A stretch of DNA of 64,000 nt from Takakia lepidozioides (Eukaryota > Plantae > Bryophyta). Both the position numbers and the translations under genes were made by a program. Positions 1-11,154 of this stretch are shown here, piece after piece. Numbering within the stretch: position 1 is the stretch's first letter; each line of letters starts with the position of its first letter. The stretch spans positions 50,158,001-50,222,000 of the forward strand of contig CM060734.1 of the NCBI GenBank assembly GCA_030704615.1, given 5' to 3'. The notes below the pieces were generated by a model, which had not been told where the DNA came from, ran no database searches, and saw only the letters and a list, made by a program, of their open reading frames with translations.

Positions 1-198
1 AAAAAAGAATCGGAACCGGTGTTTTTTTTCCAGCAACTAACCGGTAACCGGAACCGCCCCCATGTTAAAAAGTCGGAACCTGAACCGGACCAGAACCGCC
101 TTAATAAAAAATAACCGGATCCGGATCCGGAACCGTCTCTTCAAAAATTTGTGGAACTAGAACCGAAGGTTCCTTCACAAAGGAACCGCCCAACACTG
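1..198. mobile_element. Right end of a hAT-like DNA transposon (TIR plus GAACCGG subterminal repeats)
   Basis: Dense (GA)ACCGG repeats at 1-190 end in ...CCGCCCAACACTG (reverse complement CAGTGTTGGGCGG), a hAT-type CAGTGTT terminus. Confidence 0.6.
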
Positions 199-538
199 GT
201 ATCAACTCTGGTATCATCCTTTATGTGTATTGTATTTATTTTCACTTGATATTTGCTATTTGATAAACTTGTAATTCAAGATGGCTTTAGAAGTAAATAC
301 ACATAAATATAAATGTATAGGAAAATGTACACATAAATTAATATGGTACACATACCAGAGTAAATGAGGTAGACTTCGGGGGAGTACTGGTATTGTGACT
401 CGTGTGAAAAAACTGATACCAGCCTGGTCTGGTATATGGCCAAGTATTCTCCCAAACGACACCAGACTGGTCTGGTATCTAATACCAGTGCATATACCAG
501 TACTTTATACCAGTCCTTTATATACCAGTCCAACACTG
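199..538. mobile_element. Right end of a second hAT-like element (ATACCAG subterminal repeats), apparently hosting the first
   Basis: Many ATACCAG/CTGGTAT motifs at 350-530 end in the same CCAACACTG terminus at 530-538. Confidence 0.5.
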
Positions 539-2624
539 GTATCGACGAAACCTGCACGGATGGATGGAGGTCTGTTTAAATCTATTAGCGGCTCTGACAA
601 TGAATGCGCTGATCAACGTGATCGTCTGTCGCAGCGTGTGTATTCAAGAAACGTTTTGTGGGTGTTAAAGTTGTTAATGGCAGCGCGTGATGGACGAGAC
701 CTCCTCTCTTCTGCTGCCTCTACTCACACATTCAGATCCTCAGACCTTCGCCAAATACTTACATTGCAGTATGCGAGAAATCTTTCGTTTTGGTGCACAG
801 TCTATGCAGACATTGCGCAGGCCGATAAGTTCTCGCTCTTGATGCCTTCGACAAATCCCCAGTTGATAAACTTGTCGAAGACTGCAGACATTAAGCCTTG
901 CTCGCTTCTCCGAGCAGCGTGCAAAGTATACTAGGGCATTGGGGTGCCATAGCAAAACTGCTGCCAAAATCAGGACTGGACAGTGCAGGAGCACCATCTT
1001 CCCTCTCGCATTGTGCTGAAACATGATCACGAATAGGTAGGTACTGTGAAGTGTCGATTTTATTCCTCTCATCCAAGTTCAAGATGGGGAGGTAGGCGTA
1101 GGGTTTGGTTCCACATCACATCCAGAATTTTTAAGTGTGCAATTGTCTGCTTCATGTATACTTTATGAAGTAAATTCAGGGGACTGCAGACCAAAATTGA
1201 GTGAACCACCATTTTGTTTCAAGCCCCATCTCAGTGCTCAAGTCTAAAATAGGGTTATCATCACGTTTTGTATCTTTCAAGACCTTTGACTTTGCAGTTT
1301 GATTGTTTTTGGCATTTTGTTGGGGCCAAGACTACACTGCTGGACCTCTTCTCAACAACCTGTCCCTCCCTTCTGCAAAGTTCCTAGTCCCAGTTTTTGT
1401 CTACAACTCTGCATGCGACTGTTGTATTTTTTTGGACAACTTATCAATCCAAAGTCTGTAAAGTGTTGCAAACTGCAGAGGTAGAACTTTGCTGTGAGAT
1501 TCATGAACAGCACCAACATCACATTGGGTCTGGTCGAAGGACTAGGGTTGGTGTGCTCGAAACTCGTGCCTATCCAGCCCAGGTTAACTGAACAGCACCA
1601 ACTGAACTGCACTAAACTTCAGTTGTGAACAAGGAGCCGAGTCAGTTGGCCGAGATGCAGCCCTTCCCCCTCTCCTCAATTCTTGTGGTTAGCTGGCATG
1701 GTCGCCTCTACAGAAGCTACTTACCATCCACTCAGAGGGATTAGCATGTCAAGTGATGACTGAAAGAAAGGAAAACAAGTAGAGCCGCTTGTTCTTTTTG
1801 CATTTGCTCATGCAATTCAGTTACCACAACATACACAGTCCCTACAACTGCAAGCAACAATTGCTAGTTTAGTAACAGATCGGATGTCTCACGGCAATAT
1901 ACAAGGAATCCATCGGGGCAATCCATCAGGGCCCAACAGTCCGCCACTTTTAGCACCACAATATCCTACTGGATAATCTAGCATCAAAACTTTCTGCATG
2001 TGTAATTGACATTTCAAAACTGTGACGGAAGAGATGCTCAGGTGTCAGCCATTAGTTCCTGTCAGTTTATGTCACCTCCCTTACAGCCCTAGATAGAAAT
2101 CTACAGGCCGTTATTGAGAAAGCTCATGCCATTAATGCCCAAGTCTACTCTAGAGATCTACCAAAGAGACCAGCCAATGCGCTAAAGTAAATGATGGCTC
2201 AACTCACCTTCCTGGGTCAGAATTGCGGTATAATCGTATAATCTGTCCGCTATCCAAGGTCTTATCTGCCGTTAGTCTTCCTTGAGCCAAAGAGGCTTTG
2301 GAGCTTCAGCTTGACAGGGCCAAATTCAAGTGTCCAGTCCTCGTCCTTTCCATTAATTGAAGCCACAGTTTCTCCTCCACGTGACTCAAATGACTTTCTG
2401 TCGACCATTACCCACCTCCCCTTCTTCCTCTTCAACTTCTCCTCCAATTTAGTGTGCATAGCCTCCGTTGTATCTTCCATCTTGCTGTCTATATCACCTT
2501 TCAAATCGGTGCTCATAAACGCCAGGTATGTCAAAGCCAACATGCAACCATATGTTGCCGCGCACGTAGCACGAAGAAGGAAAAGCTTCTCCCCTTATAT
2601 CCGTCCCCTTCACAGCCAGACATG

Positions 2625-2989
2625 CTGTAGAAGAGAGAAAACTCAGGACAAAACGCAGAACTCTGAACAATAAACAGATTTAGGAAAGAAAATTGATGGA
2701 AGGACTAAGGTAGTGGCATCTAAAAGGTACTGGCACCTTAACCTGCAAATGGACCCTTTGGGAACGATGAGCTATGCTCCCCAAAGCAGCGAGGCGAGCA
2801 CTGCAATTGTAGGTCGGAGACTAGTCTAGAGCGACCGACCTTCCACCTCTAGTCTCCCACAGTCAGTTGTTGTAGAAGAGAGTTGTAGAAGAGAGGAAAC
2901 TCAGGCCAAAACGCAGAACTCTGACCCATAAACAGATGCAGGAAAGAAAATTGATAGAAGGGTTATGGTGCCACTACCTTTTAGACGCC
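2625..2989. repeat. ~80-bp direct repeat (2625-2703 / 2884-2961) interleaved with a 23-bp inverted repeat (2715-2737 / 2967-2989)
   Basis: GTAGAAGAGAG..AAACTCAGG..AAAACGCAGAACTCTGA..AGGAAAGAAAATTGAT occurs twice. GGCATCTAAAAGGTACTGGCACC pairs with GGTGCCACTACCTTTTAGACGCC. Confidence 0.7.
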
Positions 2990-3524
2990 CTGGCCCCATC
3001 TTTCTCTATATTTATCTCTCCTTTTGTTTTTCTTGCTCATCCGTGTGTTTCGCTTTCCTGCATTCACTGTCTCAACTCCATTCCATACCGAGCTAGAAAA
3101 TTCGGCGGGGGATCCGTCCCTGGTTTTGGAATGTATTTCTTTCGTGCATTCTAGTATGTGTTGCGCAGAAATATGAAAGTTGAAAACTTGGGGGCTTCAT
3201 CTTTTTCTGTTCATCTCTGTTTTTCAGTCTCTCCTTCACGCCTTTCTCTGTGTCCGGTGGTACATTTTTGTTCAGGTTGTTTGAGCTTCAACGCGTGGTA
3301 CCACCCTATGCTCTTTACATTGTCTGCTATTCTCTGTTAATATTCCAGGCAGCGATGGCGATGAAATTGATGGATTGTCGCACGGTCCTTATTTTGGAAT
3401 GTTAGGTTGGGATTGTATCTCTATACTGTAGCCATGCGGATCCAGCTTTGCGGAAGAAAGCGGGAGCGAAGAATGTGGAGGCAGGGACAGGTGCAGGTGT
3501 AATGGACAGACCCTTGCTGCAGCC

Positions 3525-5955
3525 ATGGCCAGCCCTTTGTCACAGTTTCAGATGGTCAAGAATGCGTTGGAGCGCCTCATTGTTGCTGTATGCCTCCTCT
3601 CATTCGCTTCATTGGACGGGGTCTCAATGTCCCTTTCTGACACTACCTTTGCTGGAATAACTGTTATGTGGTGTCAATGTGACCCTGAGTTAACGAACTC
3701 TGTAACTGCATTGTTAGCCGCTTTACGCTACATAGCACGAATGTTATACTACTGCGATTGAAAGGTTAAAACACATTGGATCAGGTCAGCAAGGTTTAGT
3801 ATCACTTGGGGACTATACTCTTGGAAAGTCATGGCCAATGGGAATGATTTCCTCCTGTGTACAATGTGCATGTTACACTCTAGAGCAATACTTTTACTCC
3901 CCAGATGGAAGTCTGGATTTTAGCCCAGCCTGTTTTTATCTGACTTACAAGGTTGAGTGTGCAACCAGAAATTTCCGTTTCACCTTTAATCTGCTGGAGT
4001 TGATTGTCCCCATGGTGAAATTCTCATCATTTGGATCTGTGTACTCTGAAATTACCCCCATGGTTACCCCTCCTTTTCCCTTCATTACCAAGTGGAGCTT
4101 GCATTTTTCATTCTGACTCTGAGAAGGCCGGAACAAATCCTCCTGCAGGATTCTAGTAAACATAGTGACGGCAATCTAACTGCCTGTGATACAAGGCTAA
4201 CCACACTGATCGTTATTTTCTACGAAGCTGGAGAGTGTAGTCCCTACCAAGCTGTCCTACGTTTGGCAAAATGCAATTTCACAGAGTGTAACCTATCAAA
4301 AACCAGTAAACAGTGTCTGGTTTGTGCCATAAATTGCAGTCTATGTGCCCCAGTGATTATACAAGTGGTGTTGAAATCATCAACAATAGTATCCTCACTC
4401 CATAATCTGTCAACATTTTGCAGTTGTGTTTAGTAGATTATAAAGGTTCAGCTCCATGTTTAGGCCACTCTATATGTATTGGGCGACCCTTCCCACTGTA
4501 TCCACTTCATTGGAAGAAACATACATATTTCGCAATCGGGAGTATCGGGATAGTTAGGTTTTCAGAACTTATCAACTTAAAAAGAATTCATCTCATGAAA
4601 TATTGGCTCCCACCTGAATGACTATGATATCCTTGCATGCCAAAATCCAGTTATTGTCACACGAACCCAATTCACTAGATAGTGGATTTCCATCTGTAGA
4701 ACTCCTGCAGAGTACAGAGGGATAAGGAAATCTAAAGAGGGGGAAATCTTCCTTTTGTGCCTGGGCCAACAACTTGGGATGATATGTGGTGTCTTGGATA
4801 TAATCCCTCCTTGGGTTTGGCCTCTCATCATGGACCTCATGGGAGAGAGCAAGGTCTATACAAAGGCTTTGAAGTGGCTCTAGATTCATGTAAGTCCAAT
4901 GATGGGATGTAGTCGATCAGTTGGAGAGGAACTGCATTCAGATATGCAGGATCACTAGGAATGCAGCTCAAGTAGCAGATAAATACAAAGGTCCTTCCAT
5001 TTGATGAACCCTTTGTCTTGCATACAATCTAATCCCAGTTGATCAGGGTTTCCTGCAGTTGAGGATGTGAATGATCTATGGCCCACGGTGAGAGAGGGAT
5101 TTGAGGCACGTGTGCCCTTCAAGAAGGCCAGCTTGAACAACAAGGCATGAAATCTGGTGATAGTGGAGCGCTTGCCAGTGGAATATGTTCTTACAACTGA
5201 TGCTCGCCTCCGTGGCTGCTTTCCAGGGGAAGCATTGCCCTTGCCTTTGTGGTTTCGCCGCCCATATGCTTGCATCATACTTGTAATATGTGAAGTAAGT
5301 GAACCTTTCCCCCTTCACCCTTCCTCTCAAGAAGAAATTGTATGTGTTTGGAAGGGACATGGCCGATGAGCCTACCTTGGGCTTCTAGTGCTTTGTCTTG
5401 GACTCTGTCTTTGTCTGGCCTACCTTATTTAAGATGTATTTAGAAGCAAGTTATCAATTAATGCTGCCAGGATTATACTAACACCTTTTTTCACTGCAGG
5501 ACGTTGATGAGTATAAGGATCTTTTGAAACTACGATTGATAACAATAGTGCAGAATGAGGATCGGGAATGGTTTATTGTTTTTGTTTTCAAGTCTGTCAC
5601 CGACAGTGCAAACAAGCTTACCAAGAGAGTGTACTCCAAACTTGAAGTCGACTTCAGCTCTAAAAGCGAGAACCTGTTATTTCTTGTGGTTCTGAAATGC
5701 AAACATTACCCAATCTACTCGCTGATTAGATGATCTAGTGGGTTCTTGTTCTTGCGGTGAGAATTGCAGCAAGAAAGGGCCTCAAGAATAAGAATTGAAG
5801 GAAAAGTTCTCAGGTTGCTGGATGCTGGTTACTGTTCTCTGTTGCACTAAACTAGTTCACGGATCTGATTACCAACTTAAATACTTTGGCTTTCTGGATG
5901 CAGGTGTTGCAGATTGGAGCCACATGGGGGTGACCCAGCAGCATGGGTTGAATAA
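3525..5955 (+). pseudogene. TRS130: Truncated TRAPPII subunit TRS130/TRAPPC10 pseudogene (exons ~3525-3587, 5059-5294, 5500-~5675, 5904-5955)
   Basis: Spliced translation MASPLSQFQMVKNALERLIVA/VEDVNDLWPTVREGFEARVPFKKASLNNKA*NLVIVERLPVEYVLTTDARLR..WFRRPYACIILVICE/DVDEYKDLLKLRLITIVQNEDREWFIVFV..KRVYSKLEVDFSSK/CCRLEPHG matches the plant TRS130 N-terminus. Lesions: in-frame TGA at 5148-5150, apparent 1-nt losses at the exon 1 donor and at SSK(K)RE, and a stop at 5953 with the rest of the large protein missing. Confidence 0.85.
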
Positions 5956-5967
5956 TGATCTGGGGTG

Positions 5968-5998
5968 CTTCTTCTTCTTCTTCTTCTTCTTCTTCTTC
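5968..5998 (+). repeat. (CTT)n microsatellite
   Basis: About 10 tandem CTT units. Confidence 0.95.
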
Positions 5999-6069
5999 AT
6001 AACTGAGCCAAAGTTGTCGGTGCATGCATGTTCTGTGCAGAGTAAATAATGATGGCAAACGTCCAATAG

Positions 6070-7289
6070 CTAGCGGAAGTGTTCAGTGAGCTGGCCAATA
6101 CTCCGTTGAATATGATCTTGTTCATTGTGCTTTCTCAAGTTCTCAACAAACAGCTGTGCTGATATTTCATCTGGATGAACACCAAAATCACAGCGTTCAA
6201 TTCTAAGTCCCTTATAAACAAAAATGTCGTTAATTGTCTGAAGTTCCAAGGCATATCTGGGCAAAGTGAGGCTACAAGGTTATGAGCAGACAAGAACAGA
6301 TCATGGACCTTGTCTTTATTGAGAAGCGTAACTCTTGGTTGCGTGTTTGCAAACAGAAAAATGTCTGATTCCGCAGTTCCACCACCGGAAATTGCCCATA
6401 GCCCAGAAAAACTCCAAATGGTAACTACATTGTGTGGTTCTGATCACCTGTTATGATGATACGCTGTTGTTGAAAGATAATTCCGCAGCTGAATGGGAGC
6501 AAGAGAAAGTCTTTATATCCAGATGGAAATGTTCTTTGCTCTCCCCACTTGACTAGTGGTTTGATCATGTTTCCATGGTGCTCTGTGCTGCAAGATCCAA
6601 GTTCTTTGTTCACTGCTCAAGAACGCTTGGAGAGACGCAGCAGATATAGCTCATTCGAAATAGACAGGTAGACAGCTCTGAACAGGGAAAATACCCACAG
6701 GGATTTCCGGTTGATTTCTACTCATAGACAGAATAATGAGTGGGGGGAGGGGGAAGACCTTCCTTTTCACATTCTTCCCTAAGTTCATCGACGTAGTTTA
6801 ATAAGCAGCTGGAACCTCCCACCAAATAGGCCAGCTGGCCTCGTTGCATCTTGAAGATCCCATGTCGCACTGCACTTGGCCAGCTCACTCTTGCTTTCAT
6901 CCTCTTGGAATTTTCCCAAGATCGAACCAATCTTTTAGTGCTCAATTCCTGCTCAAACCCCTGCATCTAACGTGCCCAGGAGAGAAAGAGACCTCATACA
7001 GGTCTGTGGCCCATCCTTGAGTACATAGCAAGAGCCCCCCAGACCACGATCTCAAGATCTCTTATAAGTAGCCCTTTGGTGGGGGGGGTGTGTCACTTAA
7101 ATGGTCCCAAATCAGCCCCAAATGAGCTTGAGTTTCCTCCCTAACAGCCATTGCAGAACTGTCCTTCTTTAGCTGCGTTGTGTTTGAAATTGAAGGCTGT
7201 CTTCTTGAGTTGAGATTTCTATCTAGATAAGCCAGCAACACGCCATGATCGGCTGGTAAGGGTTCAGTCGGAACCTCTTCTTCAGGCAA
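6070..7289 (-). pseudogene. Decayed, apparently intronless reading frame of unknown family
   Basis: ORFs 7062-7289, 6718-6966, 6425-6613 and 6070-6264 chain into a protein-like reading (..SAVRHGIFKMQRGQLAYLVGGSS..EINRKSLWVFSLFRAVYLSISNELYLLRLS..LPFGVFLGYGQFPVVELRN..) broken by stops and frameshifts. Confidence 0.35.
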
Positions 7290-7323
7290 AATTCCCTTGA
7301 AGGTTTGACGAGCTCCACCTGTC

Positions 7324-9076
7324 TTACTTCAGGTGCTGGCCATCCCCTCCACCTAAACTGCGGTCTGTGGTAATCTCCGTCACCCCCTCCTGTCTCTCTC
7401 CACACATTCTCGGCTTTGGAATGGGGGGCTGCGCGTACGAGATATTAGGAGCTTCTGAATCAATGTCTATGCTCACCCAGTGGTCCCCCCTTGTTGGTGA
7501 TAGCACTCCGATCAGCTGCTCCTTATCCTCAAGGTCTGCACTCCAAACACTGGCATTGTTCGTTGCTCTTTTTATTTCCAGCCCAGAGTAGCTTCCTGCA
7601 CGACGCAATCCATGGCTTGGAGGAGTAGTTGAGCCAACGCCAGCGACCCCTAACAGTTGAGATCCTAAGGGGAACACTTCGTTTTTGAAATAATCCTTCA
7701 GATATCTTCCTGAAGCGCCTAAGGAACTCGAACGCCTGATTGGCAAGTTCACAAAGCGAAGGCTATTGCTAGAAAGGGACGACGGTGTTCTGACAGCACT
7801 CGCTCCCAGCCTCTCCATCACTTCAACCTCGCGCACAGCATTTTTAAACGACTGGGAGTTGCGGGTAAGTGCCAATCGTGCACTCTCCCTCTCACTTTCT
7901 CTTGTAACATTTGGCCCTGTCTCGGTGCTGCTTTCTGGTACATTGAACAACATCTCGGGTGATTAGCCACATGAGCTGAATGACCGTCACCTCTCTTCAC
8001 ATTCTAAGGAAAACTATGTATCACAAGACTCAGAAGATTCGGCAATACTCCACTCCATAACAATGTCTTGGACCAGCATGCAATGAAGTACTTCCCCAAC
8101 GGAAAGGACGAAACACAGAGACGCACGACTATAGACTAAAACCCACAGAAATGGAAGCAATTCCATCAACCAAAAGGCCAACAGTTAAAATTGAAACTGC
8201 TGCCTAGAACCAGAAACCATGGATATCGAAGAGGGTGCGCAATTGAACCAGAGTATCAAGAGCGCAATTTGTCTGATAGATTAAAAGGCTAACATTTAAA
8301 CCCCTGAAGCTGCCTGATCGCTGCCTACTATGATCCCTTCCAATATACCAGCACAGAAAAACAATGGTAGACGACCGTTTACCTTGAGCCATTCCGTCAA
8401 TTGCAGGGCTTATCATCGCTCCAGTATCCACCATTGGCAGCTGGTAACCGAGAGGCCTACCGACAGGGCAGCTACTCTGCCCTCTGTCGTCAATTGCTAA
8501 AACCACATCACGGTGTGGGCCAATTCGGGCCTCACTATGTCTTCCGGAAGCATCGTTACCCTCACCGAAAGTCGGATTAAGGCTCGCTCGACACAAAGGA
8601 CAGGTGGAATGAGACTTGAGCCAGGCGCCTATACACTCGACATGGAAGACATGAGAGCATCTTGGAAGCAACCGTAAGGTATCCTCTTTTTCAAACTCAC
8701 TCAAGCACACCACGCATTCCAGATACTCTTTCCCGGCCTCGTTGGAAGTCAAATCCAAGTAGCTTAATGTGGGAAGAGAATCAACAAGTGCTTGGTCCAG
8801 CCCCTTTCCTTCCTCTGCCTGCGCTTGAGCTGCCGAAGAATTCCGCCGGTTCACCCTGGCCTCTTCCTCAGTGCACCGCCGGATGTACAGTGAGAAAAAT
8901 CCCATAAAGAAGAAAGTGCTAATCAGAACCACGATTATGATGGCCATGCTCGGATTAACCTTCCCGCTCGAGTCGTAAGCATTTTTGAATGTGGGCTGTT
9001 CGCTCATGGGTGCCGCTGCAAAACTTGCAGGCACCATCAATCTCTCCCACCCACCAGACACCCCCTCTGTATCCAT
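7324..9076 (-). CDS. ATL-family RING-H2 E3 ubiquitin ligase; join(9076..8383, 7934..7324)
   Basis: TM helix MAIIIVVLISTFFFMGFFSLYI, GLD motif (KGLDQALVDSLP) and RING-H2 CVVC..LLPRCSHVFHVECIGAWLKSHSTCPLC. A phase-1 donor G|GTAAAC at 8383 joins in frame to acceptor CCAG at 7935 (with a CTAAT branch site), giving a Ser/Arg-rich tail (RRSSSLG, RRAGSYSG). Confidence 0.9.
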
Positions 9077-9620
9077 ATTAAAATTCTGCAGGCCCCCTCT
9101 TGGTCTCTCTCCCCTCCGAGCTCTCTCTACCAACTCCAGAGATGGAGTCCGTCTGCAGATGGAACAATGGCTGCTTATACTCCATCACCCTCGGGCCTCC
9201 ATCGCTCTTTTCCTCGCATGCTTCCCTCCACACTGCTCCTTTTGCTCTCTCCTTCTCTCTCACCGCTCGCCCGGCTTTTGCCCGGGCCCTCCGGAACTTT
9301 CCTGCCGGATTTTTCTATCGCCACTCCCACATCCCCTGGCGATACTACTCCGCAGCAAAGTACGTAAGCTATCATCCATATTAATACGTACTCTAACTCG
9401 GTAGGATATGCGTACACGTAGGTAGGTGCCCGATAATACTTCATCCATGTACACTCTTTCCGATCTCGACGATTGTCTGATTCATCCAGCATTCATTCAT
9501 ACTGGATTGTAAGATACACGTACAGCATTGACTATCGGTAGTACGAATGTTGAGTATGCTACGGTGGCGATTGACGACACATGGGGCCGGGGCATGAGGC
9601 CGGGAAATGGCATACCGGCG

Positions 9621-9781
9621 GCCACGTCACCGGCCACCGCAGCCTCCACAGGGCGCCAAACGTGGCAGCGGGAGCAAATATTTCGGCGCCTTTCCTGGAA
9701 ACACTTGGCACCCCCACGTGGCGCATGCGGAAGCACTGGACAACATTCCAGAGCTCCCCAAAGATGGATTGGACACGTGGC
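9621..9781. promoter_or_regulatory. Cluster of four ACGT-core ABRE/G-box elements upstream of the ATL gene
   Basis: GCCACGTCA at 9621, ACGTGGC at 9660, CACGTGGC at 9715 and GACACGTGGC at 9772. Confidence 0.55.
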
Positions 9782-10775
9782 ATAACTATTCTGTTGGAAG
9801 TTAGATGAATTCGGGTTCACATCCATGCTCTGTTAATTTATGCGATAAGGCCAGCTACCCAAGGCTGAGCCTAGTGAGTCATCTCCATGCTGTATTTTCA
9901 TGCTAATATATTAATAATAATAACATGGTAGGGATAATAGGGCGGTGCGCGGGCCCAGCAAACGCGAAGAGGAAAGGAACAAAGGAAGAGCTTTCGAGGC
10001 AGGTGTAGACGATCCAGGCCTTTGCTGCTCTGACTCGATCTCGCTTTGCATGAGTCTGTAGGTAGAGACTCGAGAGGATCCAGGCCACCATAGCTAGCTA
10101 GCTGAAGAGCGAACGTACAGTCAGCGAGAATTCGTCAGCGAGGATTGACAAGCGGATGGCACAGACAGAGGCACACGGTCTGCGGCACAAGAGGACAAGG
10201 CTGCTTGAACATAACATTCTGTGGCTGCATCAGCACCATTAATGTGTCACATTCTTGTCAACCAGAATCCCTCCTTTGCAGCAAGCTTTACGTTTGCGGC
10301 TGATTGCTTCGCTATGTAGCAGGATTTGAGGCTTTACGTCTTTACTGGAGTGGAAGTCCAAGTCTACTCTCGCTTTGGTGAGTTCGTGACAGGTGTGGCA
10401 AGTTAGCTTTCTCTCCCGGCAATGCAGAGCGTAGACGATGAGATGAAGTTGCGTCCCGTCCACTTTTGGAGGCATTTTGATGTACCGTTAATATCCGATA
10501 CTTGGATTCTCCCATGCTCCCTCCTTTGCTTCAAACTTAGCAATTGATGTTGGTCCGATGGTCCTAAACTATATATATACGTACGACGCCAACTGTAAAG
10601 AAGTGCCTCGTGGACTACTTATTATGTAGTTTATCAACTTTGTATGCAGTGAGCGTGATCAGTCTAAACCCTACCCTAATAAACCCCTAAGCCCGCATTA
10701 TGATCCAGGAAACTGTCCGTATAAAATGGGGTCCACTGACAAATAAACATTTCAGAAATTGTAAACATTGTGTAC

Positions 10776-10945
10776 TGGCCTGCGGGTCTGGGGTTCAAAT
10801 CCTGTCATCTGTCTCTCATTGGGCTGGGGCTATGCTCCTGTAATGCCTCCACGGCTCAGATAGCTTCCCCCTCAAAGTCCAGTAGTTGGGGCTGGTGATT
10901 CCTTGGAAACAAGAATAAAATTAAAATAAAATAAAATAATAAATA
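10776..10945 (+). mobile_element. tRNA-derived SINE inside the piggyBac
   Basis: B-box GGTTCAAATCC; body similar to the SINE at 60067-60300 (CTGTCTCTC..TTGGGCTGGGGCT..CCCTCAA); (TAAAA)n tail. Confidence 0.6.
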
Positions 10946-11154
10946 GTCACCAAGGAACAATGTGTGAGTAGGGTTTGAACCCACTAAGCTGCCCCAACTG
11001 GCAGCTCACACATGAACACAAGGGGGAGGATCCCCCCCCTTGTGTGCACCCCCACTTGGCAAGGGGACTAACCACTAAAGCAATCTACCACCTCTTTGCA
11101 GCCATGAACTCACATTGCCATGAATTCTAGCCATGAATTCCAACTGACATTGTC

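Noticed and set aside
395-934. 179-aa ORF
   Set aside because: It starts inside hAT subterminal repeats and has no recognisable domain.
2262-2543. Lys/Glu-rich 93-aa ORF
   Set aside because: Protein-like, but I could not assign a family or a consistent exon structure.
5148-5150. TGA restored to CGA by U-to-C editing
   Set aside because: That editing is organellar. This locus is nuclear and has other lesions, so CpG deamination is simpler.
8204-8382. 3' part of the 309-aa ATL ORF
   Set aside because: Better explained as intron read-through after the G|GTAAAC donor.
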